Shown here one piece after another: positions 22,024 through 35,461 of a DNA stretch of 64,000 nucleotides. The notes below the pieces were generated by a model. That model ran no database searches, was not told where the DNA came from, and was given only the letters and a program-made list of their open reading frames with translations. The translations under genes were made by a program, and so were the position numbers. This DNA comes from Octopus sinensis. Taxonomy: Eukaryota. Position 1 is the stretch's first letter. Each line of letters begins with the position of its first letter. The DNA is taken from positions 19,406,001 through 19,470,000 of the forward strand of contig NC_042999.1 in assembly GCF_006345805.1 (NCBI RefSeq), read 5' to 3'.

Positions 22024-25000
22024 TCATCATCATCATCATCGTTTAGCGTCCGTTTTCCATGCTAGCATGGGTTGGACGGTTCTACTGGGGTCTGTGAAGC
22101 CAGAAGGCTTCATCAGGCCCAGTCAAATCTGGCAGTGTTTCTACGGCTGGATGCCCTTCCTAACGCCAACCACTCCGTGAGTGTAGTGGTGCTTTTTACG
22201 TTCCACCCGCACTGGTGCCAGACAGAGCTGGCAAACGGCCACGAACGGATGGTGCTTTTTATGTGCCACCGGCACGAGGCCAGGCGAGGCTGGCAACGGA
22301 CACGAAACGGGGCGGTGCTGGCAACGGTCGCGAAACGGAAAGTTCTCTTACATGCCACCGGCACTGGTAACACATCTGCAATTTCCATTGATCGATTTCC
22401 ATTGATCGATTTCCATTGATCGATTTCGATTCTGATCGTCACTTGCCTCAACGGGTCTTCACAAGCAGAGTTTTGACATGCCACCGGCACTGGTAGCACA
22501 TCCGCAATTTCCATTGATCGATTTCGATTCTGATCCTCACTTGCCTCATCACGTCTTCACAAGTAGAGTTTTGTCCCAAGAAGGGAAGGTATGCATACGT
22601 AGGCTGGCTCCATCCCATGTAGAAGGCCACGGGTATGGACTCACTTGTCCTGCCGGGTCTTCTCGCGCACAGCACACTTCCAGAGGTCTCGGTCTCTAGT
22701 CATTTCCTCAGTGAGACCTAAAGTTCGAAGGTCGTGCTTCACCACCTCGTCCCAGGTTTTCCTGGGTCTGCCTCTTCCACAGGTTCCCTCAACCGCTATG
22801 GTGTGGCACTTTTTCACACAACTATCTTCATCCATTCTCGCCACATGACCATACCAGCGCAAACGTCTCTCTTGCACACCACAACTGATGCTTCTTAGGT
22901 CCAGCTTTTCTCTCAAGGTACTTACACTCTGCCGAGTGTGAGTACCGGCATTACACATCCATCGGAGCATACTGGCTTCATTTCTAGCGAGCTTACGCAT
23001 ATCCTCAGCAGTCACGGCCCATGTTTCACTGCCATGTAGCATGGCTGTTCGTACACACGCATCATACAGTCTGCCTTTCACTCTGTGCGAGAGGCCTTTT
23101 GTCACCAGCAGAGGTAAGAGCTCTCTGAACTTTGCCCAAGCTATTCTTACTCTAGCAGTTACACTTTCAGCACACCCGCCCCCGCTGCTGACTTGGTCAC
23201 CTAGGTAACGGAAACTATCAACTATTTCTAGTTTTTCTCCCTGGAAAGTGACGGAAGTTGGTCTCAGAGCATTTTCAGTGTTTATTGTTCCTGAGCATCT
23301 GCCACATACAAAAACCATCTTCCTAGTTAGCCTTCCTTTGACATTGCTGCATCTCTTATGTGTCCATAGCTTACACTTGGTGCATCTTATAGAGTTTCTA
23401 CCTACACCTTTTCTACAGATCGAGCAGGGCCATCTACCTGAAGGTGTTTGTGATTTGTCTACCTTCCTACTGATTACGACTTTGGTTTTAGCTAGATTGA
23501 CTCTGAGGCCCTTCGATTCTAATCCTTGTTTCCACACCTGAAACTTCTCCTCCAGTTCTGATAGCGACTCAGCAATTAGAGCAAGGTCATCAGCATAGAG
23601 GAGCTCCCAAGGGCATCCTGTCTTGAATTCCTCCGTTATTGCCTGGAGGACTATGATAAATAGGAGGGGGCTGAGTACTGAGCCTTGGTGGACTCCTACC
23701 TCTACCCGGAATTCTTCACTGTACTCATTTCCAACCCTCACCCTACTAGCGGCGTCCCTGTACATGGCCCGCACAGCTCTCACTAACCATTCATCTATCC
23801 CTAGTTTCCTCATTGCCCACCAGATAAGGGATCGGGGGACCCTGTCGAAGGCTTTCTCCATGTCAACAAAAGCCAGGTACAGGGGCTTATCTTTGGCTAG
23901 GTATTTCTCCTGCAGCTGCCTTACCAGGAATATAGCATCAGTAGTACTTTTCCCTGGCACAAACCCAAACTGCATCTCATCTAAACTAACTCTCTCTCTA
24001 ATTAGTTGGGCTATGACCCTCTCCGTAACCTCATCACCTGGTCCAACAGCTTGATACCTCTGTAGTTATTTGTATCTAGGGCATCACCTTTACCTTTGTA
24101 GCAGTTGACTATTATACTGCTACACCAGTCATTGGGTATGACCCCTTTGTGTATCACCTGATTAACTATACGGGTGACTAGGCTATAGCCGACACTACCA
24201 GACATTTTGAGCATCTCTGCAGTGATTCCTGATGGGCCTGGGGCTTTCCCTGTCTTCATGCTTCTAATTGCCTTAGCTACCACGGAACTATCAACTCGGA
24301 TAGCTGGTCCCTCTGTTGGGTCAACATTCGGCAGACTCTCTTTATCCCATTCATTTTCTTCATTCAGCAACCTTTCATAGTGGCATCTCCAAACCTCTCT
24401 CTTTGCATCCTCATTTAGCGCAAGTGAACCATCTTCCATGCGAACACACTTCTCTCCTACCACATCACGATTCTCTCTCACACACTGTCTTGCAACACAC
24501 GAAACACCTCCAGTCTTTGGTCCTCACGGCGCAGAACATTGGCAAATTTTTCTTATCTGCTTCCCCTCTGGCTAAATACCTGTCTCCTAGCTTCTCTTTT
24601 GGCAGTCTGATACAATCCCCTGCTACCACCCCCATTTTTCCAGACCTTCCAAGCCTGTCTCTTTTCTCTAATAGCCCTGTCTACAATATGTGTCCACCAC
24701 CACGTTATTCTAGGTCGAGAGGGGACTTTGCACCAGCCACAGATCTGGTCAGTGGCTCTCAGCAGGTTGTCCCTTAGAAACGTCCAGCTGTCTTCTACCC
24801 CCTGTGATGCTCTATCCCCTTCTACTTCTCAGAGGCTTCAAGTAATATGTCCCTAAATCTCTGTCCATTTGCAGGATCTTAAGCTTCCAGATCCTTCTTC
24901 TCCATATTTGTCGTCTTCTGGTTGTCCTCCTAGTCCTGATCCTAAAGTCACTAACTACCAGTCTATGTTGTGGGGTACATTCTTCACCTGGGAAGGTTTT

Positions 25001-26110
25001 GGCATTTATAAGCAGCCATCTCTCCCTTTGCCTTGTAAGGATGTAGTCAATTTGGCTGGTATGTTGGCCCGATTGGTAAGTGACTAGGTGGCTGGTAGGT
25101 TTCCTGAAGTTAGTGTTGCAAATCATAAGATTATTTGCATCGCAGAACTCCAGCAGCCTGGTTCCCTCCTCGTTGCGGGAGCCATAGCCATAGCCTCCAT
25201 GTACGCCATGGAAGCCCCCAGCATGTCGTCCAACGTGACCATTGAAGTCACCAGCCACAAAGATAAGGTCTCTGTCGTTCGTCAACGAGGAGTCTGCAGT
25301 AGAGTGTCATAGAATCGGTCTTTCTGTCCATCGGGTAGCCCCGACTGAGGAGCATAGGCTGATATAATGGTTGCTAAACTATGATGAAGCACTAATCTAA
25401 TCTTAAGTATTCTGTCACATACTCTGATTACCTCAATTACTTTATCTACCCATTTCTCAGCGATAAGTATACCCACGCCACCAACCCCGTCAGTGTTCCC
25501 TGCCCAGAAAATCTTGTACCTGCGTTCCTTGCCTGTGAGGAACCTAGCTGATCCTCCTCTCCACCTTATTTCTTGCATGCAACATATATCCACACATCTC
25601 CGTTCAAGCATCTCGACTATCTCACCAGACCTACCTTTCAGAGTGCCAACGTTGAGGGTGCCAACCCTGAGGGTGTGGGAGGCATGGGCTCTAGAGACCC
25701 TGGGACGGTGGACAGTAGCTTCGTGTACCTGAAAAGAAAGCTCGCATTTGGCAGAATTCATGTGCAAGAAATGAAGTAGTAAAGTAGCCTTCAGTACAAC
25801 CTGCATAACGCTAGCCTTTCATATTTTGCACTGTATGAACATTACCTTACACAGGTCGAGACTAGGGGTAGGGAGTGGTAGGGATGGTGAGAACATTTGC
25901 AGTCTTCATGGGAAGCAACCCCGGAATGGCAGAGAATAGGAACTTCCGTCATGCGTGATGGGGGTGGGAGGGCGGTTGCACCATGTCTGAGTAAAGAGGT
26001 TCTGTTAATCGTATGAGCTAGCAAATGGGTTTGTATGAATCGGGAGACAACACTAAACGAAAAGTTGAAAAATCAGAGTGGCTATGAACCTGTAGACAAG
26101 TCTAAACGAA
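22024..26110 (-). mobile_element. Near-full-length RTE-clade LINE
   Basis: APE motifs (VGTLNVGTL, MQEIRW, SAYAPQ, GDFNGHVG, SQIDYIL) and RT motifs (FVDMEKAFDRVP, GVHQGSVLSPLLF, LLYADDL, FRYLG); 3' UTR ends in (GAT)n. The 5' boundary is uncertain and may extend to about 26380. Confidence 0.95.
22641..25720 (-). pseudogene. RTE APE-RT ORF broken by several 1-nt frameshifts
   Basis: ORF-track pieces 25282-25806, 24812-25285, 24011-24481 and 22641-23975 join into one RTE protein when single bases are restored. Confidence 0.9.
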
Positions 26111-26381
26111 AAAAAAAAAAAAAAAAGGTTTGAGCTAGACAGGGTAATGAGGGAATACTGAAAGAATGAGGACAATACAATGAGATGGAAATTGAGAATA
26201 GAGAAAGAATAAGAATAAGTGCAAGAAAAGAAGGTAGTCGTAGCGAGGTTGGACGATTCACTTAACTTTTAGCCATTCATGATCTGTGCGTATTCTTTAG
26301 ATATTTTGAAGCGAGTGGGGTTAACGATAATGCGATCGCTCTTTTATATATGGCGATGATGGTTTTGGGAAGGGGGGGCAT

Positions 26382-26429
<48 letters not shown>

Positions 26430-27020
26430 AGTTTGAAAACGCCACTAAGATAAATTTTAATTTTCTTAGAGATTTTATATGTTTCAGTTCTTCTTGAAAA
26501 AACGAACCTTATCAAAAGTATTTTTTAAAAAATTCATAATTGTTTCTTACTAATCTCAACAGAGTCCATGTGGTGGTGTTTTGTTGGGGTAGGGGAGCAT
26601 AATGGCTGTCTTGGGCATTGATTAGAATTGTTGGCTGTAATTAGTTGTAGCAGTGACTGTTGGTCGTAGTAGTAGTGACCATGGTGGTGCTGGTTGGAGT
26701 TATGGTAGCAGTTCATTGGCTCTAGTAGTAGAAGCAGCAGCAGCAGTGGAAGTGACCGTTATCAGCAGCAGTAGAAGACTGTTGGTCATGGTAGTAATAG
26801 TAGTGACCATGGTAGCTGGAGTTGTAGTAGTAGTAATAGTAGTGCATAAGTTGATTATATCAACGCCAGTACTCAACTGGTACTTATTTTATCAACCCCA
26901 AGCGGATGAACTGTAAAGTTGACCTCAGCCGAATTTGAACTCAGAATATAACAACAGACAAAATGCTGCTAAGCTTAAAACTTTTAATGACGATAAAATA
27001 TTAATATATAATCCCATATA

Positions 27021-27379
27021 CTCTTTTACTTGTTTCAGTCATTTCACTGTGGCCATGCTGGAGCACCGCCTTTAGTTGAACAAATCGCCCCCAGGACTTG
27101 TTCCTTGTAAGCCTAGTACTTGTTCTATCCTTCTCTTTTGCTGAACCACTAAGCAATGTTGGGGGGGACAAATACAGACACACAAACATATACACACACA
27201 CACACATATATATATACGACAGGCTTCTTTCAGTTTCTGTCTAGCAAATCCACTCATAAGGCTTTGGTCAGCTCAAGGCTATAGTAGAAGACATTTGCCC
27301 AAGGTGCCACGCAGTGGGACTGAACCCGGAACCATGTGGTTCATAAGCAAGCTACTTATCACACAGCCACTCCTGCGCC
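27021..27379 (-). mobile_element. SINE family B
   Basis: Homology to the other B copies. Confidence 0.85.
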
Positions 27380-28052
27380 TATATGATGTGCTTACCAGCT
27401 GAAGATAAATTCATTCGTGGTTGAGATTCAAACTCTTAAAAGAAGATAGAGTAGCTGCTGTGTCTTTGCTCTTTAATCATATGTTAACCTTGCTCATTTG
27501 CATTCCAGCTGTGACATCTCATTTTCCCTTTTTTTTTTTTAATATGCTTGTATGTGAAGCCAGGTTCACATAACCCAACGTTTTTGTTTCACTTTCTTTT
27601 TCCCCTTTTACGATTGTTGCTGTATGATTTGAAGGAGATATAGTAGCTATTTCTAGCAGGTCAAAAATGAAAAGCCATGTGGTAGACCTCTTGAGAAAAA
27701 TATGAAAGCGTAAGAGAGAAAACAGCAAAAGCTAATCGCCTAATGTTAGAAAGACTGAAAATTTCAGCAGATAAGGAAAAAATATAAAAAGGAAAAGAAA
27801 GCCGAACATGGTGGAGAGAAAACCATAAATGTGATTACACTAATTAGCAGATTTTATTCTCAATTTATATTATCATAATGAGCATGAAGGATGTAAAAAT
27901 AGAAATGGAAAATAATAGTGACAGTGGCATATTGAATGTTATATTTCAATAAATCTTGTTTGGAAGCATGTCGTTTATGCATAGCTATATCTTTTATTAC
28001 AATCAAAATGGAGAGAATGCCAGTGTGGATGAAGAATCAATTGGTTAGAATA

Positions 28053-28471
28053 CTCTCTTTCTCTTTTACTTGTTTCAGTCATTTGACTGTGGCCATGCTG
28101 GAGCACCGCCTTTAGTCGAGCAACTCGACCCCGGGACTTATTCTTTTGTAAGCCCAGTACTTATTCTAGCGGTCTCTTTTTGCCGAACCGCTAAGTTATG
28201 GGGACATAAACATAAACACACCAGCATCAGTTGTCAAGCAATGCTAGGGGGACAAACACAGACTCACACACATACATACACGCACACATATATACATATA
28301 CATATACGCGACGGGCTTCTTTCAGTTTCTGTCTACCAAATCCACTCACAAGGCTTTGGTCGGCCCGAGGCTATAGTAGAAGACACATGCCCAAGGTGCC
28401 ACACAGTGGGACTGAACCCGGAACCATGTGGTTGGTAAGCAAGCTACTTACCACACAGCCACTCCTGCGCC
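28053..28471 (-). mobile_element. SINE family B
   Basis: Homology to the other B copies. Confidence 0.9.
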
Positions 28472-29218
28472 ACTAAATCATAGAGTTTATTTATTTATAA
28501 AGTCGGGAATTTTAATTTCTACTGAATAGAAGCTGAATCTGCGATCAGTTTCTGTATAACCTTTTTTCCTTTATTCTTTTACTTGTTTCAGTCATTGAAC
28601 TGCGGCCAAGCTGGAGCATCACCTTGAAGGGATTCAGTTGAGCAGATCAAGGTCAGTATTTATTTTAAGGTCTGATTCTTGTTCAGTTGGTCTCTTTTTC
28701 TAAACTGCTAAGTCATGAGGATGTAAACAAACCAGTGCTGGTTGTCAAGCAGGTGGAACAAACACAGACACAAACACACATACACAACAATACACAAGGG
28801 TGTGTTTACGTCCCTGTAACATAGCAGTTTTGCAAAAGACACCAAAAGAATAAGTATGAGGCTTACAAAAATAAGTCCTGGGGTCGATTCGTTTGACTAA
28901 ACGTGGTACTCCAGCATGGCCATAGTCAAATGACTGAAACAAGTAAAAGGGTAAAAGAATAATACTCATTCAGAACTCCTTATATGAGGGCAATTTACCC
29001 CCAGCAATAAAAATGTTCCCCATCTCCATCATTGTCTGCAGGCCAAAGCATTCATTCAGTTGCTATTGTAGATTGAGGGAGCATGGAGAAGCTGGTAGCT
29101 GCCTTGTGTATGTCTTTAAGGGTGTTTGTTGCCTCTGTGCCTTTCACAATGTTTTGCTGTCATTTAAATGTGAAACGACCTCCTTACAAAAACTTTAACA
29201 ACACTTATGAAAAAATGC

Positions 29219-30151
29219 TTAACTTTTCAACATTTAACCCTTTCAATACGAACCCAGCTGAAACCGCCTCTGGCTGTGTGGTGCAAATGTCTTGTTTTCA
29301 TAAGTTTTGAATTAAAATCTTCCATCAAACCTTAGTCGCAATTTATGTTCCTAACATTAGCTGAATTATAACTAAGTTATTTAACTAAATTCTTTGTTAT
29401 ATTTAAAATTAATTGAAAGAAACACAGAGCATCTCAACAGAAATATAACAAAAGGGTTAAAATATATAATAGAGAAACAAATCTTAACCCTTTTGATACT
29501 AGCCCAGCAGAAACTGTCTCTGTAGTACAAATGTCTTCTTTTCATAAGCTTTCAATAAAAATCTTCCACCAAACCTCAGTCACAATTTATGTTCCAAACA
29601 CTAACTGAATGATAATTAAGTTATTTTACAAAATTCTTTGTTATATATAAAATTAATTGAAAGAAGCACAGAGCATCTCAACAGAAATATGGTAACAAAA
29701 GGGTTAAAATATATAATAGAGAAACAATTTTTAACTCTTTCGATACCATCCTGGCAGTAACTGCCTCTGTAGTACAAATGTCTTGTTTTCATAAGTTTTG
29801 AATTAAAATCTTCCACCAAACCTCAGTCACAATTTATGTTCATAGCACTAGCTGAAGGATAACTGAGTTATTTTACTAAATTCTTAGTTATATTTAAAAT
29901 TAATTGAAAGAAGCACAGAGCATCTCAACAGAAATATGGTAACAAAAGGGTTAAACTGACCATATCTGGCCCATATATTCTACCTATCTTGTGTTAAAAC
30001 TGACCAGAACCAGCCTCTCATACTGACCCTTTAGGGTCATTCTAAAAGTAAACAATCACATCATGGAAATCTCAAATACATGATTGATTCAAAACAAGGT
30101 GAATAAAGGAACATTTCATTTGATAGAAGGAGCTGAATGCTAATGTATTAA
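29219..30151. mobile_element. Older piggyBac-type MITE (type 2) hosting the MITE trimer
   Basis: The segments flanking the trimer join into a sequence homologous to the uninterrupted fragment at 57787-57900 (TTAACTCTTTAGCATTTAAA...). Termini are degenerate. Confidence 0.5.
29234..29954. mobile_element. Tandem trimer of a ~219 bp piggyBac-type MITE (type 1)
   Basis: Each unit reads TTAA-CCCTTT...AAAGGG-TTAA (29238-29456, 29488-29703, 29735-29950), with near-identical ~23 bp spacers; a solo copy lies at about 55750-55963. Confidence 0.85.
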
Positions 30152-30208
30152 AGTTTCCTGATCAAAAGTGTAATTAACAATATACTGCATCCCTATGAAT
30201 ATATAAAA

Positions 30209-30602
30209 CTAGCAGTATCGCCCGGCATTGCTCGGGTTTGTTTCGACCCTTTAGAATTGAAATTTTTGAAAAGTAAAAATTTTGCATTATGTAGCTTTTT
30301 ATTGTCTTTAAATGAACATTTTTCTGGTTGAAATACACTGAAAAATGGTGACACAGCAGTCAAAAAATCATAAAAAATAGGGATTTTCATAGCAAAAAAA
30401 GCACCTTTTTGATGTAAATAATTTTTGGTTTTAACATGGTCCGATTTGAATCTTTTCTTCTACAGAATGAAGAAGCAAACCTTCTTCTATCATACTCTCA
30501 ATTTTGGTCAACTTGTGCCACAGGGTCTTGGAGGAGATAGTGTTAGTTGAAGGCTACCAAACCTGCCATAAACAGACAACTTCAGTTTTATATATAGAGA
30601 GA
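30209..30602 (-). mobile_element. Non-autonomous Helitron
   Basis: The minus strand starts A|TC, ends in the hairpin CCCGAGCAATGCCGGG followed by CTAG|T, and is inserted between A and T. Confidence 0.8.
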
Positions 30603-31818
30603 TTAAAAAATTATTATTTTCTCAGTACAGACATTCAGCCAGAGCTTCTCATGCATCTACAATTTAACCATGGTGCTAAGATTGTTCCGTCTCCCTTCCA
30701 GTCAGTAGGTAAAATCATACATTTTCACCAACTGTTCTACAGACCATTCGTGTGTCACATATTGTCTACATGGTGTTCTGTGATTCTTTGAAGTGAGGCC
30801 AAAAAGAATACCAAGAAATTAAGAAAACTTAAATGCTTCTGATGCTGTGCACCACTGCATGTGTATTCCTTCACAGTAAAGTGCACCATAAACACCTATA
30901 TTTCTCTTAAAACAACCTTAATCGTAGTTTACTTTTTATTTATAAAATACAAGTTGTAAAAAGCTGAGGGTATTCCATGAGAGTTTTTGTGTTTTATTTA
31001 ACGTGTCATGGATCAACAAAAGTTGTAAATCACCAAGGTAGAGTTCCATTATGTAAGAAATTCGTTTGTGATTTAATCAATACCTGTGTGTTGTTTATTT
31101 AGTGTTTTGATCCAGTCTTTTACTACTTCAGTTGGTTCTCTGTAAAGCCAAAGAACAGGTGAAGAAGTGAAATGCTCCGTTGAATAGGGTTACCTGTCAC
31201 AGGTAGATTTCCTCACAGGCTGAAAACAATTTGATTGTGCAAACCAACAAAGCATACACTGGAATAAAAAAGGAAGACTCTGTGAAAGATTGTGTTCTTT
31301 CATCTTTTCATTTCTTTCAGACGGTAGCCATGCTGGGACATCATCTTAAAGGATTTAGTCACACAAATCTACTCTGCAAAATTATTTTTACTTCGAAGTC
31401 TGCTACGAATCTTATTGATTCTCTTCACTGAATTGCTAAGTTATTGAAAGTAAACAAACCAATACTTCTTTCAAGTAGTGGAGGGGTCAATCACAAAGAC
31501 ACCTGCAATCATACACGCACACATACAAACATACATTATATATATATATATATATATATTTATATACTGTTGTGTCTGGGGAGAATGATTTTTCTTTTTT
31601 TGCCTCATAGTGTAACACACTCACCGATAAAATTTCCACTTTTTTCTTATTTATATTTTCCTAAAATATTCGTTGTGTCTTGCAAATTTTTCAAGTCAAA
31701 AGGAAAATGACTCTCCCCAGACATAACAGAATATGCTTCAACACACGAAATCATATAAAGAATCTTACTAACCAAATCCAAAAACGAAACATATATACAT
31801 ACATACATAAATGCATAC

Positions 31819-31858
<40 letters not shown>

Positions 31859-32705
31859 ATACATATGCATGAGAGTCTTCAACACAGTTTCTGTCTACAA
31901 AATTCACTCACAACACATTGGTTGGTCCAGAGCTATTGTAGAAAATGCTTGCCAAAGGCATTGTGCAATAGAACTGAAACCAAAACTACATGCTTGCAAA
32001 CTAAACAGTCATGTCTGCTTTGCTAGAAATAAGAGCAAAATTCCTTGAAATCAGACCCTACTGTCTTGTTAAAAAAGGTCACATTAGTAAACGCATACAA
32101 TGATATTAAAAAATATATTATGTAGTTACTGCTCAAACTAGAACAACTTTGATCTGAGTTCTGCCCAGACAAGACTGAGCTGTGACTAAATAACAACCAT
32201 TGGTGCTGAAATGTTGCCAAAACATGGTAAGGAAATAATAACACCTGTATGATACTACTTAGAAGTTAGCAGATGCAGTAATTAACACTTAAGTGTCTTG
32301 GGTATTGCCTCAGTGGAGAACTGGTGATGCGACATAAACAACTGATTTCTTGGCTAGTTGCCTTTTACTCTGTCAATTCTGCCATCCATGTCTCTAACCT
32401 TCTCTTCTCTTCTATCAAGCATAGAGCTGTGTCTCATGAAGAGTGAATCTGACACAACATCAAGCAACATTCCCAACAGAATTATTAAATATTTATTCCT
32501 TGACAGCCAGGTGAAGTGAAGCATGTAGAATTAGGTGTCCCATCTGAGAACATAATAATATGCCAATACGTAATAAGATGAACACCCTGATTAACAAACA
32601 ACTATTTTAATGTTGTACCCTCTAGGGTATGTGTCTATGTAAAATTATGTGATTTGACATGAATTATGTATTTTGATTTGAATACTTTTATATATTACGT
32701 CTGTA

Positions 32706-33150
32706 GTCATGGGTGTCTGGGTAAGAAGCTTGCTACCCAACCATGTGGTACTGGGTTCAATCTGACTATGTGGCACATTGTGAAAATGTATTTTACTATA
32801 GACACAGGCTGAACAAAGCCTTGTGAGTGAATTTGGTTCGAGGAAACTGAAAGAAGCCTTTTGTATACATACATGTGTGTGTATGTGCGCATGTGTGAGT
32901 GTGTGTATGTGTGTGCTTGTATGTGTGTCTTTGTGTTTGTGTTTGCTGCCCCCCCCCCTTGACACACATTGCTTGACAACCAGTGTTCATATGTTTACAT
33001 CCCTGTAACTGAGTAGTTCAGCAAAAGATATGACAGAATAAATACCAAGCTTTAAAAAAAATCAATAAGTACCAGGATTGATTAATTCGACTAAGAATTC
33101 TTCTAGCAGTGCTCCAGCATGGCCACAGTCTAATAATTGAAATGAGTAAA
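32706..33150 (+). mobile_element. SINE family B (diverged)
   Basis: Homology to the other B copies. Confidence 0.8.
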
Positions 33151-33484
33151 ACATAAAAGACAAAGGATAAATTACATGTGCAGGCATGGATAAATGGGTA
33201 AGAAACTAGTAAAAACTAATAATGTCTTCAAATTTTGGCTCAAAGTTAGTAATTTATGGTTGGGGTTAAGTCAATTATATCGACCCGAGGGGTCAGCTGG
33301 TACATATTTTATCAACCCCAAAATGATGAAAGGCAATGTTGGCCACAACAGAATTTGAACACAGAATTCAAAGACTAACAAAATGCTCCTAAGTATTTTG
33401 CCTTATGTGCTAAAAATTCTGTCAGTTTGCCACGTTAATAGTTATAATAATAATAATAATAATAATAATATAATTTTTTTTTAT

Positions 33485-33696
33485 TTCTTTCAGTCATTTT
33501 GGCTGTGGCCATGCTGGAGCACCGCCTTTAGTCAAGCAAATCGACCCCAGGACTTATACTTTGTGAGCCTAGTACTTATTCTATCGGTCTACTTTGCTGA
33601 ACCGCTAATTGACGGGGATGTAAGCACACCAGCATTAGTCGTCAAGCGAATTTGGGGGCACAAACACAGACACACAAACATATATACACACACACA

Positions 33697-33743
<47 letters not shown>

Positions 33744-33927
33744 ATATATATATATGTATATATACGATGGGCTTCTTTCAGTTTCCGTCTACCAAATCCA
33801 TTCACAAGGCATTGGTCGGCCCGAGGCTACAGTAGAAGACACTTGCACAAGGTGCCATGCAATGGGATTGAACCAGGACCCATGTGGTTTGTAAGCAAGT
33901 TACTTACAACACAGCCACACCTACACC
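33485..33927 (-). mobile_element. SINE family B
   Basis: Homology to the other B copies. Confidence 0.85.
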
Positions 33928-34022
33928 TATAATAATAATGATAATAATAATATAATAATAATAATAATAACAATAATAATATTAATGATAATAATAATAA
34001 TGATGATAATAATAATAATAAC

Positions 34023-34063
<41 letters not shown>

Positions 34064-34399
34064 AACAGTGAGAGGGATTGGAGAGACTTATTAAATACAT
34101 CTTGCAATGATAGAGTTCAATATTAGCTCTATGTCTATTTGAATAGGCAACAATGAAGCTTAAATGAAGAAAGCATAAAGCATCTAAGTTAAATCGAAAG
34201 CGAGTTAGGTAAACGGTTTTCAGTGAAGATCTTTATTATACGGAGAGATCAATATTTGTTAGCAATATGAAAATAAAATTTCATTGAGGAAGAAATAAGA
34301 AAATACTGCCACACAAAACCTGAATTAATAGGAATATTTGAATATCTGGTCTGAAGAAGTTTCCAAACAAACTTTTCATATCAACATTAATTCATTTCA

Positions 34400-34538
34400 T
34401 ATATATATATATAGATATATATATATGGGTGCGTTTGTGTGTATAGTTATATATTCAATGTGTATGTGTGTGTGTGTGACTGTAAAATAAATGGCAAGTA
34501 CAAGTAAACGATATAAATGATACAAAATTTTTTGTGAG

Positions 34539-34579
<41 letters not shown>

Positions 34580-35283
34580 TAGTTGGAATTTACAAAAAAT
34601 CAAAACAAAAAACGAACATGGGTGTATATATATATATTCATATATCATTATCATCTGTCATCATTATTTAACGTCTGATATATATATATATATATACACA
34701 CATATATATATATATAGATATATATATATGTATATATATATACAGAGAGAGAGAGAGATGGACAGGCACACAGAAACAGAGAGACAGAGAGTGAGATAAA
34801 ATAGATATGGCTGGTCAATATATATATGTATACATGTATGTATGTTCTTATGTATGTATGTATGTATGTATGTATGTATGTATGTATGTATGTATGTATG
34901 TATGTATAGACACACATTTGAGGGTATTTAATTATATATGAATAATATATGTACATACACAAACTTAAGAAATAAATTTCTAACTGTATGAAGGAAGAAT
35001 AGATTACTTTATGTGAATGTGTACACACACATTTTATACATACATACATACATATATATACATATACACACGCACATGCACAAATATATATGTATATATA
35101 TATATGTATGTTTGCATTTACAGAAAATATAACAAGCATATTAATGTATACATGAACTAAATAAAAATATTTTTTCTACATATTTTTGTCGTACATTTTT
35201 GCATGTGTGTGTGTATTTATATTTACATTTATATCAACACACACACCCATGTATATATATACACATATATTATATATGTATAT

Positions 35284-35353
<70 letters not shown>

Positions 35354-35377
35354 CACATATATATATATATATATATA

Positions 35378-35460
<83 letters not shown>
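34400..35460. repeat. (TA)n/(TATG)n/(CA)n microsatellite cluster
   Basis: Direct inspection. Confidence 0.9.

Positions 35461-35461
<1 letters not shown>

Noticed and set aside
22090-22125. CTGATGA-AGCC-TTCT-GGCT in the RTE 3' UTR (also 50675) as a hammerhead
   Set aside because: It is followed by TCAC rather than GAAA, and CTGATGA is not conserved in the other four copies.
25800-26110. HDV-like ribozyme at the RTE 5' end (known from other RTEs)
   Set aside because: I could not assemble the nested double pseudoknot by eye, and the 5' boundary is uncertain.
26440-26515. Very degenerate hammerhead-like remnants near (TA)n (also about 8570-8600 and 34345-34385)
   Set aside because: The core is incomplete or helix I cannot be formed. 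They are plausible PLE debris but not supportable individually.
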